Shown: in pieces, positions 1-8,077 of the stretch | Position numbering within the stretch: the first letter of the stretch is position 1 | Layout: the number at the start of each line of letters is the position of its first letter | Virus record (IMG/VR): IMGVR_UViG_3300034082_002584 | Length of the DNA: 64,000 nucleotides | Source: an uncultured virus (IMG/VR IMGVR_UViG_3300034082_002584) | Lineage: Duplodnaviria; Heunggongvirae; Uroviricota; Caudoviricetes | Reading direction: 5' to 3' (one strand) | The notes under the pieces: generated by a model | What the model was told of the DNA's origin: nothing | What the model saw: the letters and a program-made list of their open reading frames with translations, nothing else | Databases searched by the model: none | Made by a program: the position numbers and the translations under genes

Positions 1-85
1 TACCTTAGCATCACAATGCCCTTCTACGGTCAGCCTATGGCTTGCCAGCATCATGTTACTATCGTATGGTATACAGTCAAAATAA

Positions 86-107
86 AAGGCAGGGTATTAT
101 CCCTGCC
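86..107. terminator. hairpin, probable intrinsic terminator for the minus-strand gene ending at 133
   Basis: AGGCAGGG-tattat-CCCTGCCT inverted repeat; T-run follows on the minus strand. Confidence 0.65.
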
Positions 108-132
108 TCAATTCAATTCATATTATTGGGGC

Positions 133-1287
133 TTATTTGATCTTAGCCCGCGTCACGATTGTTTGCTTAATACCATTATACTCTTTCAATTCTTTGATAG
201 TGGCCGACATGGTATAAGCATTGCCGATCACATAATCACGCTTATCAGTGAACCAATTCACCGAATTGCCATTGTGTTGGAAGCAATACAGATACTTGTC
301 ACCGAATTGAGTGGTGCCGATAAAGATTTCTTTTTCAAAGATAACGGCAATATCTTTCAGCTTATCGCCTTCATTGCCGATATAATCCGACACGATTGCT
401 TTAGCTTTATTGGCAACAATCTGCCCCATTTCGCGGATAATATGCTGGACACCGCTTGCCACCAATGCGAGGTGACGATAAGCAACAATATCGCTTTTCA
501 GAATGACGCGGATATTGTCGAGATAATTATTGTCGAATTGATTGCCAGCACGGAAATAATCCATTGTGGATTGAGCCAATGCTTTATCCGCATCACAAAT
601 TTCAACAGCAACCCACTGCCCTTTATTCTTGATCAAATCATTGATAACATATTGAGCCGTTGGCATGGTTTCCAATTCCATCGCTTTAGCTTTGCTGATC
701 CAGCCATATTGGCGGATATTCGCCGCAGCAGATTCCAGAATTGCCATTGCCGAAAAAATATATTCGCCAGACCCGCCCCAATATTCTTTTTCTTCTTCTT
801 CACAAATTGCAGTCAAATCGCCAATGATCGTTGCACGATTAACGATTTCTTCAGGATTATCGCACCCGGTAAAATCACGCAGGCAGGTTTGACCGACAGC
901 CATTTGTTTGCCATTGGCATCGACAAAAACATAAACATTATTGCGATTACGGTGATGGCCGCAATGATCACATTCATTTTTCATGGTGCGGAAACGTGCA
1001 TCCAATTCGATATTGGCGACATTGTGAACAATGTTTTCTTCACCAATCAATTCCACCTTGGCGGCGAAAGTATATTCGCCAAACTTGGGTGCATCGCCAG
1101 CAACAGTGACAGTTACCAATTCAATCGCATAGGTTTTGCCACCTTGCTTAATATCTTGCATGAACGGTTTGGTGATCGTGAATTGAATATCGGCATTGCC
1201 ATAACGCTTGGCTTTTTTTGCAAGTTTGGCGATACGGGCGGTCAGGGTTTCAGCACGGTGAGCGGGAACGTTGAAGGTGGCGAACAT
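133..1287 (-). CDS. hypothetical phage protein with Zn-ribbon-like CxxC and C-terminal OB-fold-like segment
   Basis: ORF 133..1329; GGAG before ATG 1287; CDHCG...VGQTC; C-terminus ATIKELKEYNGIKQTIVTR resembles the end of the 33374..34150 protein. Confidence 0.75.
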   Translation of the reverse strand: MFATFNVPAHRAETLTARIAKLAKKAKRYGNADIQFTITKPFMQDIKQGGKTYAIELVTVTVAGDAPKFGEYTFAAKVELIGEENIVHNVANIELDARFRTMKNECDHCGHHRNRNNVYVFVDANGKQMAVGQTCLRDFTGCDNPEEIVNRATIIGDLTAICEEEEKEYWGGSGEYIFSAMAILESAAANIRQYGWISKAKAMELETMPTAQYVINDLIKNKGQWVAVEICDADKALAQSTMDYFRAGNQFDNNYLDNIRVILKSDIVAYRHLALVASGVQHIIREMGQIVANKAKAIVSDYIGNEGDKLKDIAVIFEKEIFIGTTQFGDKYLYCFQHNGNSVNWFTDKRDYVIGNAYTMSATIKELKEYNGIKQTIVTRAKIK

Positions 1288-1464
1288 GATGGTCTCCGAA
1301 TCGGTTAAGGGCCAATGCCCGTTGGACATGACCCTATGTAGTGTTATTTTGTAAGTATCGCAACACCTATTTTTTGCCCGCTAACGTGGGTCTAAGGTGG
1401 TTAGCTACCCTGCCCCACAATATGCGGGGAAGGGCATTCTATGGCGTTTTTACGAGGTGTCAGG

Positions 1465-1629
1465 CTATGCCAGCACTTTGTCCAGCATTGTGAAAGCATC
1501 GCAATATGCTTTCAACCGTGTTTCATAGAATGACCGTGACCGTTTGCCGATCAGCGTATCATATTTTTCCATTGTATCGCGTTTGGCTTTTTCTTTTGCC
1601 AATTTGATTTGATCATCAGACAGTTTCAT
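1465..1629 (-). CDS. small hypothetical protein (54 aa, MKLSDDQIKLAK...)
   Basis: read manually; GGAG upstream; fits between neighbouring minus-strand genes. Confidence 0.6.
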   Translation of the reverse strand: MKLSDDQIKLAKEKAKRDTMEKYDTLIGKRSRSFYETRLKAYCDAFTMLDKVLA

Positions 1630-1640
1630 TGCAGATTCTC

Positions 1641-1823
1641 CTAGTTTGCAATTTTGACATCGCCAATGGCGATAACGCAGAAACCATATTTGTCACTCAA
1701 ATAGTCGGCGGTTTCCATAAACACATCGCTTTCAAGATCAATATCAATCGTGGTTTCATGTGGAAGTTTAACCGATTCATCACCATCGGTATCCCACAAG
1801 ATATTAGAAACATGGACTTTCAT
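1641..1823 (-). CDS. small hypothetical protein
   Basis: 60-aa ORF, co-oriented, AGGGA upstream; ends in DYLSDKYGFCV. Confidence 0.7.
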   Translation of the reverse strand: MKVHVSNILWDTDGDESVKLPHETTIDIDLESDVFMETADYLSDKYGFCVIAIGDVKIAN

Positions 1824-1834
1824 TTTATTTCCCT

Positions 1835-2338
1835 TTACAGAGTGCTACGATATTTGCGAAGAGTTTTGTTCATTTCGGCAATGCAGAAATATTTCATCTG
1901 CAAATATGCCAGCAGGTTTTTGCGTTCTTTTTTCATAGTGCGACCAGTGATATTGAAAAGAATTTCATCAATAATCGGATCAAGTTCAAATTCAATATAA
2001 GCATTCAGTTTGGCCCGAGCATGATAAGACATTTTAATTTCTTTGCTCAGACCACGGGTATTTCCAGTATATTTTTCAGTACGATGCTTATACGCATCAT
2101 GCGGAATATAATATTCTGCCGAGATAGGATTACCATGATATTTTTTATTGTTGCCAGACACCATGATAACCATACGCCAGATATATGCGGCAATACCGTT
2201 TTCAGGTTTGACCGTGCGGATATACGTTCCGCTTTTATTCTTTGAAACAATTTGCGAAACGATTTCGCTTTGTTTGGTAGTCAATGCCATTGCGTCGATA
2301 TTGACAGTTGGCATTTTATTGAAGATATTCGGATTCAT
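1835..2338 (-). CDS. hypothetical protein, paralogue of 15673..16131
   Basis: shares AAYxWRMV, YxHRTxK and ELDPIxD motifs; AGGA before ATG 2338. Confidence 0.75.
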   Translation of the reverse strand: MNPNIFNKMPTVNIDAMALTTKQSEIVSQIVSKNKSGTYIRTVKPENGIAAYIWRMVIMVSGNNKKYHGNPISAEYYIPHDAYKHRTEKYTGNTRGLSKEIKMSYHARAKLNAYIEFELDPIIDEILFNITGRTMKKERKNLLAYLQMKYFCIAEMNKTLRKYRSTL

Positions 2339-2379
2339 TCTTGTTTTCCTGTTTTGCGGATTGCTGCACGACAAAGTAA

Positions 2380-2431
2380 CAAACAAATAAATTTTATAGT
2401 ATTATGGGGGGATTTAATTATTCCCCCCATA
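2380..2431. repeat. 52-bp direct repeat copy 1, containing a terminator-like hairpin
   Basis: identical to 2787-2838; TATGGGGGG-N11-CCCCCCATA. Confidence 0.9.
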
Positions 2432-2435
2432 ATTA

Positions 2436-2747
2436 TTACATATCTTCGTCTTCGTCTTCGTCGTCCCAATCAATACATTCTTCGGCAATATCAGCAAGAC
2501 GCCGAAGCATTTCGGGATTCATGATCAGATATTGATAATCATCTTCATCTGGCATGGTAATATTTCCATCAAGGTCAATTTTGACAGCAATAGGATCATA
2601 TTCCACATCCATAAAGAAAACAACGTAGCTTTCCACTTCGTTTTCATCATCATATTGCGGATGGGCTACCCATTGTTCTTTTCCATCGAAAAGAAAATTT
2701 TCGAAACCAGCCAGTGTTTTTTCATCGGTGTCATCGGTCGCGTTCAT
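2436..2747 (-). CDS. acidic hypothetical protein
   Basis: ORF 2436..2870, likely start ATG 2747 because the longer frame runs through the repeat; D/E-rich tail. Confidence 0.7.
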   Translation of the reverse strand: MNATDDTDEKTLAGFENFLFDGKEQWVAHPQYDDENEVESYVVFFMDVEYDPIAVKIDLDGNITMPDEDDYQYLIMNPEMLRRLADIAEECIDWDDEDEDEDM

Positions 2748-2786
2748 CGTGTTTGTTCCACTTTGTGATAGGATAGGCAAAATTGC

Positions 2787-2838
2787 CAAACAAATAAATT
2801 TTATAGTATTATGGGGGGATTTAATTATTCCCCCCATA
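2787..2838. repeat. 52-bp direct repeat copy 2
   Basis: identical to 2380-2431. Confidence 0.9.
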
Positions 2839-2848
2839 TTGTTTTGCA

Positions 2849-3295
2849 TTATTGCGGCTGTTTTTTCCACAAGTTCGAATTACGGCGATATTCCTTGCCC
2901 TTAACAGTCAGGCGATAGAACATCTTTGCCCGCCCCGGACCTGCCGTCACCTTGGTTTTGTGCGTTTCCACCAGACCGCGTTCCACCAGTTGCAGAGTCA
3001 GAACACGCGAAACAGCCGCCCCGACATCATCATAATGATAAAAACCATCTTTTGCAGCGATGAGTTTCAGCCCTTCCGCAATGCCCCATTTGTCATCGAA
3101 AGTGCCAGTGTTTTCGGGGCGACCCACGGCTTTCAATTCGCCACGTTCTGCCATTTCGGCACGTTCAGCAGCATGGACAGCCTTGCGTTCTGCAGCCCGC
3201 TTGAGGCCGATCATTTCGGCAATCTGTTCTTTCAGATCGACAAGAGCCGCAATCGACATCTCTTCAAAGTTCATGATCTCTGCAACGTCCGACAT
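2849..3295 (-). CDS. probable winged-helix DNA-binding protein, paralogue of 23123..23536
   Basis: SRVLTLQLVERGLV...GPGRAKMFYRLTVKGK resembles a wHTH recognition helix and wing; GGAG before ATG 3295. Confidence 0.6.
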   Translation of the reverse strand: MSDVAEIMNFEEMSIAALVDLKEQIAEMIGLKRAAERKAVHAAERAEMAERGELKAVGRPENTGTFDDKWGIAEGLKLIAAKDGFYHYDDVGAAVSRVLTLQLVERGLVETHKTKVTAGPGRAKMFYRLTVKGKEYRRNSNLWKKQPQ

Positions 3296-3340
3296 TTTTT
3301 TCTCCATCCTTGGGCAACATTGCCCGTTTCCATAAACAAA

Positions 3341-3369
3341 CATTTAAGGCATGATTCGCGAGTCGTCAA
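3341..3369 (-). promoter_or_regulatory. sigma70-like promoter with two GANTC sites
   Basis: TTGACG-actcgCGAATCAtgcct-TAAATG on the minus strand. Confidence 0.7.
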
Positions 3370-3465
3370 GTAAAAAATAATGACAAGTCGAAGATTCTTG
3401 CACATCATTAGACCCACAAAATAGCCTCGCACAGTGCATCTAGTGTGTTTGGCTAGGGTATCCAA

Positions 3466-3499
3466 CAAAATGAGTGAAAGCCCCCGTAGGGGCTTCACA
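3466..3499 (-). terminator. hairpin terminator, near copy of 6939-6973
   Basis: GTGAAGCCCC-tacg-GGGGCTTTCAC-TCATTTTG on the minus strand. Confidence 0.7.
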
Positions 3500-3527
3500 T
3501 CGCGTGTGTGACGATGATCAATGATGA

Positions 3528-3866
3528 TCAGAGATATTCGGGGCCAGTCCAGCGAACCCATGAAAAATCTTGATCAATGATATTGCCACGGGCTTTATTT
3601 TTCGCAGGTGCGGCGAACGATGCAGCCTTGAGGATGTCGCCACGTTTGAATTTATCATCACTATCTTTGACAATGAATCCCCAGACAGAGTTTTCCCGAA
3701 TAATTTTGATATATTTTTTGCCATCGGTGTATGACAATGAATTATTAAACTCACTGATCATCTTGCGATTAAATTCGGTCAAATCGGATTCATTCCGACC
3801 CAGCAGAGTCATTGCATAATAATCAGCACGGATTTTGTCCAACAGTGTATTGAGTTCGGTTTCCAT
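3528..3866 (-). CDS. conserved hypothetical phage protein, paralogue of 16177..16587
   Basis: KYIKI...VWGFI...GDILKAAS..AP...ARGNI; GGAGCGAATC-ATG leader. Confidence 0.8.
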   Translation of the reverse strand: METELNTLLDKIRADYYAMTLLGRNESDLTEFNRKMISEFNNSLSYTDGKKYIKIIRENSVWGFIVKDSDDKFKRGDILKAASFAAPAKNKARGNIIDQDFSWVRWTGPEYL

Positions 3867-3939
3867 GATTCGCTCCATTGTGTTTCAACTTGACCGACAT
3901 TTATGCAGTATAATGGGGGCTGTCAACCCCCCATCTTGA

Positions 3940-4182
3940 TCAGATATGATAATCGTCAATATAAATTTTAGCATCGTCGTCGTGAAATTCATTCGACTCG
4001 TTCGAAAGTTTATCATAAAATTCTTCCACGATTTCTGACAAATATTCCGCGATTTTTGTTTCAATGTCTTCGCATTGCTTATCTTTAATTGCATCAGCAA
4101 TCGTTTGTGTAAAATTAATATCCTTGATCGGGATCATCTTGCCGTCAATAATTGCGACCATTTGCAGGGAAACATTTTTCAT
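3940..4182 (-). CDS. acidic hypothetical protein
   Basis: 80-aa ORF with AAGGTG upstream, co-oriented. Confidence 0.65.
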   Translation of the reverse strand: MKNVSLQMVAIIDGKMIPIKDINFTQTIADAIKDKQCEDIETKIAEYLSEIVEEFYDKLSNESNEFHDDDAKIYIDDYHI

Positions 4183-4196
4183 TTTATTTTCACCTT

Positions 4197-4463
4197 TCAG
4201 AGATTGTAAGCGATTGCAGATTGTTCCGAGTAGTCTTCCTCATAGCTTGCCGAACCATCTGCACCAAGTGTCAGTACAGGTTCAACCCAATTAGTGCGGC
4301 GATCAAGATAAGAAACCTTGATCGTATCGTATCCGCCAAAGCCGCCGCGAACATATTGCATTGCCCAACGAATAGCTTCATTCTGCGATTCGCTAGAAAA
4401 CAATGCAATATCATCGCCAAGTGACTTAACATTAGTCACACCCCACACAGTAAACATTGTCAT
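4197..4463 (-). CDS. hypothetical protein
   Basis: GGAGCGAATC-ATG leader at 4461-4473; TTGACA promoter near 4522. Confidence 0.7.
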   Translation of the reverse strand: MTMFTVWGVTNVKSLGDDIALFSSESQNEAIRWAMQYVRGGFGGYDTIKVSYLDRRTNWVEPVLTLGADGSASYEEDYSEQSAIAYNL

Positions 4464-4518
4464 GATTCGCTCCATTGTGATCCGTTGCACTAATCATTAA
4501 AGTTTTCACAACACACTG

Positions 4519-4770
4519 TCAACCCCCTGTCAACAAAAATTCTTTTATTGATACCTCATAACTAGCAGAATCATATGACAATGTTAACTTAAACTCTATC
4601 AGATTAGTATCATTACCTAATACCATACATTCTCCCAGATGAATAAAACCACAGCGAGTTAGAGTAGGTGCTATATTATTACGCCATAATGACATTGACA
4701 TTATATAATAAACTGGAAGATATGGTGCCGTTGCACCCTTTAGCATTACACCTATAACATAATGGGTCAT
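4519..4770 (-). CDS. small protein, family A paralogue
   Basis: CGF...GNDTNLIEFKLTL motif. Confidence 0.65.
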   Translation of the reverse strand: MTHYVIGVMLKGATAPYLPVYYIMSMSLWRNNIAPTLTRCGFIHLGECMVLGNDTNLIEFKLTLSYDSASYEVSIKEFLLTGG

Positions 4771-4988
4771 TTTATCTCAACAAATCTAACATTCAGGTGT
4801 TGCGTATAAGTTAATAGAAATTCTGCTAATATATCATCGCTACCATAATAGTAATCAAAATATGGGTGATCATTATATCCACCACAATTAATCCAATGTT
4901 GTGATATATGATCTAAAAATAATGGACCCATATCTAATCGAATAAAACTATATTTTTTACTATATTGTTGTCTGATATGGCGTTTCAT
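4767..4988 (-). CDS. small protein, family A paralogue
   Basis: HWINCGG...GSDDILAEFLLTY; ATGA overlap with the next gene. Confidence 0.75.
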   Translation of the reverse strand: MKRHIRQQYSKKYSFIRLDMGPLFLDHISQHWINCGGYNDHPYFDYYYGSDDILAEFLLTYTQHLNVRFVEIK

Positions 4989-4991
4989 AAT

Positions 4992-5279
4992 TCATCCAAC
5001 ATATCCATCAATATAGGGAACCAATCCATCACAAAACACCATTGGCAATTCGTAATCAATAATCCATTCACCCTTACGAATCCGAGCAAATTGAATATTA
5101 TAAAGATCAAGTCCCATATCATATTGAATATAAACATAACATTTACGTTTAACCAATCCGCTAGATTTGAATTTCAATCCATCACTCATATAAACAATAT
5201 CTTTCGCACCCCATGCCGCCATAGCACGACGATCAAGTGTATTAATCTGCTGCAAGATAGTCGCACCGATAGTGTTCAT
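4992..5279 (-). CDS. hypothetical phage protein
   Basis: ORF 4992..5312, likely start MNTIGATILQQI at 5279. Confidence 0.7.
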   Translation of the reverse strand: MNTIGATILQQINTLDRRAMAAWGAKDIVYMSDGLKFKSSGLVKRKCYVYIQYDMGLDLYNIQFARIRKGEWIIDYELPMVFCDGLVPYIDGYVG

Positions 5280-5334
5280 GATATTCCCCATATGATGAAT
5301 AGCCACAATCATTATAATTGTGGCTATAATAAGA

Positions 5335-5541
5335 TCAGATTGTCAAATAAGGATGCCCAATATCCAGAACATCGGTTTCATCCGCTTCACACATCGGATA
5401 AAGCATATCATTGGCATCAGGATCAACCAACGAATAAAATTCTGCAACACCCGACACATAAATTGTTACATCGCAATTCTTTTGCCTGTCAGACATAGTT
5501 GCAATGAACTTTTCCAAGTCACGATACGTTACGTTAGCCAT
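5335..5541 (-). CDS. small hypothetical protein
   Basis: AGGAGCGAATC-ATG leader; TTGACA-N16-TAGATT promoter near 5597. Confidence 0.75.
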   Translation of the reverse strand: MANVTYRDLEKFIATMSDRQKNCDVTIYVSGVAEFYSLVDPDANDMLYPMCEADETDVLDIGHPYLTI

Positions 5542-5784
5542 GATTCGCTCCTATGATCATCACTAAGTGGAATCTATCATATCATGTGTTACTGTCAAGA
5601 TGTCTTGTCAAAAATTCTCTATCCATATGATGAACATTATGATACTAGAATCATGATGATACTTGATTTCGTGTTACTCAATCAAGTATTGATATTAGAT
5701 AATATCCTTCGGAATAAATCCTCAGTATATTATCTATATCTATTTTTTAAGATTCTTATACTCTATCTTCTTTTAACATCATTA

Positions 5785-6190
5785 CAGAGGAAGACATACT
5801 TAGCCCGCTAAGGCCAAGTATATCCCCCAACTATAATAATAAATTATTACGTCGTGTGACACCTAATACAGATCAACCTTGTAATGTCAGGTTAGGGCGG
5901 TCATGCTGTACCCCTTTATGATCTACTTTTTGACGCAAGCGTAATATACCGTATTAGGAAGCATATAACACTTTGTTGGTTGCAACTTGTGAACAGAGCC
6001 AACTCATTTTGTAGGTTAGTCAATCCCACTACTAAACTAACTTTTAATAAATTAAAAGCGTAGCACAACAACTTCCATCCACCATAGCAATTCAATGTAT
6101 CTGTAGATTCGTCGCGGATATATTCCTATATCATATCGCTACTATGCAGTAAACTTATGACAGCCCAATGATTCGAAATCATTCTCCTGA
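5785..6190 (-). ncRNA. candidate large structured non-coding RNA, family unrecognised
   Basis: no credible ORF; nested helices 5862-5871/5949-5958, 5870-5875/5919-5924, 5875-5879/5889-5893, 5975-5979/5999-6003; 3' hairpin near 5787-5828 with G-U pairs on the minus strand; promoter TTGATT-N17-CATACT at 6226-6198. Confidence 0.5.
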
Positions 6191-6258
6191 CTCAATCAGT
6201 ATGACATAAAATATACCCAAAATCAAGTGAAAAAATAATCAAAAATAATCCAATCTTT

Positions 6259-6334
6259 TTGTAACCCATTGATTTCATTATATAATTTATTTTAGAAATA
6301 ATAAAAATTATTGTTTAGAATCAATGGGTTACAA
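6259..6334. repeat. 16-bp perfect inverted repeat, each arm an IHF-consensus site, around a 44-bp AT-rich spacer; origin- or packaging-site-like
   Basis: TTGTAACCCATTGATT ... AATCAATGGGTTACAA; AATCAATGGGTTA fits WATCAANNNNTTR. Confidence 0.8.
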
Positions 6335-6437
6335 GGTTTTTATTAAAATGTATGAATCTTACTGTGTATATACCCATCAAAATGAGCAAAAATGTTAAAA
6401 AATGAAAATTCGCAATATTTTGGCATAATTTATCCAC

Positions 6438-6467
6438 TTGACAGCATAATGCGAATCAGTATAGAGT
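6438..6467 (+). promoter_or_regulatory. sigma70-like promoter with GANTC
   Basis: TTGACA-gcataatgCGAATCAg-TATAGAGT. Confidence 0.7.
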
Positions 6468-6566
6468 TATGATAGAAACCGCACAGATGATCATCGACGC
6501 GATAGGAGCATGGCTTCGGGGGAATCTGTCCAAAAAATAAAATAAAGAATAGAATTCCCCATCACC

Positions 6567-6596
6567 TCAATACACTATCGAATCATAGTGTGTCAA
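6567..6596 (-). promoter_or_regulatory. sigma70-like promoter with GANTC, convergent with 6438
   Basis: TTGACA-cactaTGATTCGatagtg-TATTGA. Confidence 0.6.
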
Positions 6597-6623
6597 GCAG
6601 AATAATAAAAATAGTATGCTGCC

Positions 6624-6875
6624 CTATTGGGCAACACACTCACCCGACATTTTTGTATCACTATACAATTCATTAACTTTATCATCAGTCATATCAACCC
6701 ATGCCGCCTTGTTTTTGACATATGTTTTTGAATATGTTTTATCATTTTCCAAATCAATTACAATCGCCATATAATAATCATTGTAAATGTAAAGACCCAT
6801 AGACTTAGATGCATCGCCATCATGATAAAACATATAAACCATATTCGGAAACATTGTTACTGACTTGATTTGCAT
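6624..6875 (-). CDS. hypothetical protein
   Basis: GGAGCGAATC-ATG leader at 6873-6885 gives start MQIKSV. Confidence 0.7.
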   Translation of the reverse strand: MQIKSVTMFPNMVYMFYHDGDASKSMGLYIYNDYYMAIVIDLENDKTYSKTYVKNKAAWVDMTDDKVNELYSDTKMSGECVAQ

Positions 6876-6938
6876 GATTCGCTCCATACTGTCTAACCTG
6901 TTACCCTTATAGTCAAAAGATTCTACCATGTAAACCCC

Positions 6939-6973
6939 CAAAATGAGTGGAAGCCCCCATAGGGGCTTCCACA
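6939..6973 (-). terminator. hairpin terminator, near copy of 3466-3499
   Basis: GTGGAAGCCCC-tatg-GGGGCTTCCAC-TCATTTTG on the minus strand. Confidence 0.7.
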
Positions 6974-6991
6974 GTGAGCGTATGATGTGTA

Positions 6992-7717
6992 TCAGTATGC
7001 GGCAATCTGCCTTGCACCTTGCGAAGTTTCTGCACGGGAAAGTGAAACCTTGCTGCCAGCATTTTGACCAGCACGATATGCCGAACCATCGTTGATCACA
7101 ATTTTCGTCGCCGTTCCCTTTTTAAGATGAATATTCACTTGACGCTGATATTCTTCCGTCACCATCTGATTCTTCAAGATAATCAGCGATGTGCCGCCAC
7201 TTGCACGAGTCTCGCTTTTAAGATCACGCAAACGCTGATTGATACGATTTGCCATGCCAACCATAAAAGATTTGCGAATAGTCCGCTTATGGCCCACATC
7301 AGTCAGCGAATTGGAATAAACAGCCCATTCCCATTCCATCGCACGAAACAAAACTTCACGAATAAACTTTGCCGTTTCAACATCGGCATTATAACCAAAG
7401 AAATTGACAACAACACCCGTCTTGATCGAACCATTATACTCTTTCGATTGCCACACTTTGACGCCGCAAAATTCTGCCACCGTGGCGATACAATACAAAT
7501 CCGCCTCATGCAAATTCTTGCGACCATCCTTTACCACTTCACGCAAGAAATCCTTTGCCGCATCAGTGTTTTCCAAAATATCCTTTTCAGTAACACCATG
7601 TTCATCCATCAATTTTTGTGCAATACGCAATGCTGCCATTGCTTCCGCTTCCGTTGCACCATTGTCAACCTTTTTGTTCAACAGTGCAGCAATTTTGGCC
7701 TTGATAGCTTCCGACAT
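6992..7717 (-). CDS. DUF2786-like domain protein
   Basis: N-terminal KIAALL...EAEAMAALRIAQKLMDEHG; later RKSFMVGMANRI. Confidence 0.75.
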   Translation of the reverse strand: MSEAIKAKIAALLNKKVDNGATEAEAMAALRIAQKLMDEHGVTEKDILENTDAAKDFLREVVKDGRKNLHEADLYCIATVAEFCGVKVWQSKEYNGSIKTGVVVNFFGYNADVETAKFIREVLFRAMEWEWAVYSNSLTDVGHKRTIRKSFMVGMANRINQRLRDLKSETRASGGTSLIILKNQMVTEEYQRQVNIHLKKGTATKIVINDGSAYRAGQNAGSKVSLSRAETSQGARQIAAY

Positions 7718-7753
7718 TTTGCGATCTCCATGTTTCGCGTTTCCTTAGACATA

Positions 7754-7782
7754 GAACTACAGCATGATTCGCATAGTGTCAA
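7754..7782 (-). promoter_or_regulatory. sigma70-like promoter with GANTC
   Basis: TTGACA-ctatgCGAATCAtgctg-TAGTTC. Confidence 0.7.
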
Positions 7783-7802
7783 GCGTTGTTTTGCTTTTTC
7801 AC

Positions 7803-7973
7803 CTATGCACTCGCACGGCCCATAACATACACTTTATACATATCTTGCCGTTCCATCGTATTAGACAAAAACAAATCATAATGAGGATGATTGCGAAAGT
7901 TTGAACGAATCATAGCATCAAAATCAGCCAATACAATGGCAGAATAAAACAAATCACGATAACGCTGGTTCAT
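7803..7973 (-). CDS. small hypothetical protein
   Basis: GGAGG RBS before ATG 7973. Confidence 0.6.
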   Translation of the reverse strand: MNQRYRDLFYSAIVLADFDAMIRSNFRNHPHYDLFLSNTMERQDMYKVYVMGRASA

Positions 7974-8010
7974 AGTTGCCTCCAATATCGAATCATTGTC
8001 AGTCTATCAA

Positions 8011-8018
8011 TATAAATA
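8011..8018 (+). promoter_or_regulatory. T4-type late promoter
   Basis: TATAAATA exact; also exact at 20745-20752(-), 23726-23733 and 29001-29008; NATAAATA variants at 9024(-), 12499(-), 14626(-), 26056, 39532, 42762, 45715, 46875, 49116, 61025. Confidence 0.7.
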
Positions 8019-8077
8019 AGGGTTGTCAATCGCGGACCCGCATCCCATTGACTCTATATTTGTAAGGAAATACAGCA

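Noticed and set aside
16..1308. 430-aa plus-strand ORF
   Set aside because: Antisense shadow of the minus-strand gene, which has an RBS, a terminator and protein-like motifs
2380..2838. Possible CRISPR array from the 52-bp repeats
   Set aside because: Only two copies, separated by about 355 bp containing a gene; no cas genes (the 48446 nuclease is a usual stand-alone phage exonuclease)
5584..5811. 75-aa hydrophobic plus-strand ORF
   Set aside because: No RBS; low-complexity AT-rich translation overlapping a promoter and the candidate RNA 3' hairpin
7064..7825. 253-aa plus-strand ORF
   Set aside because: Antisense shadow of the DUF2786-like gene
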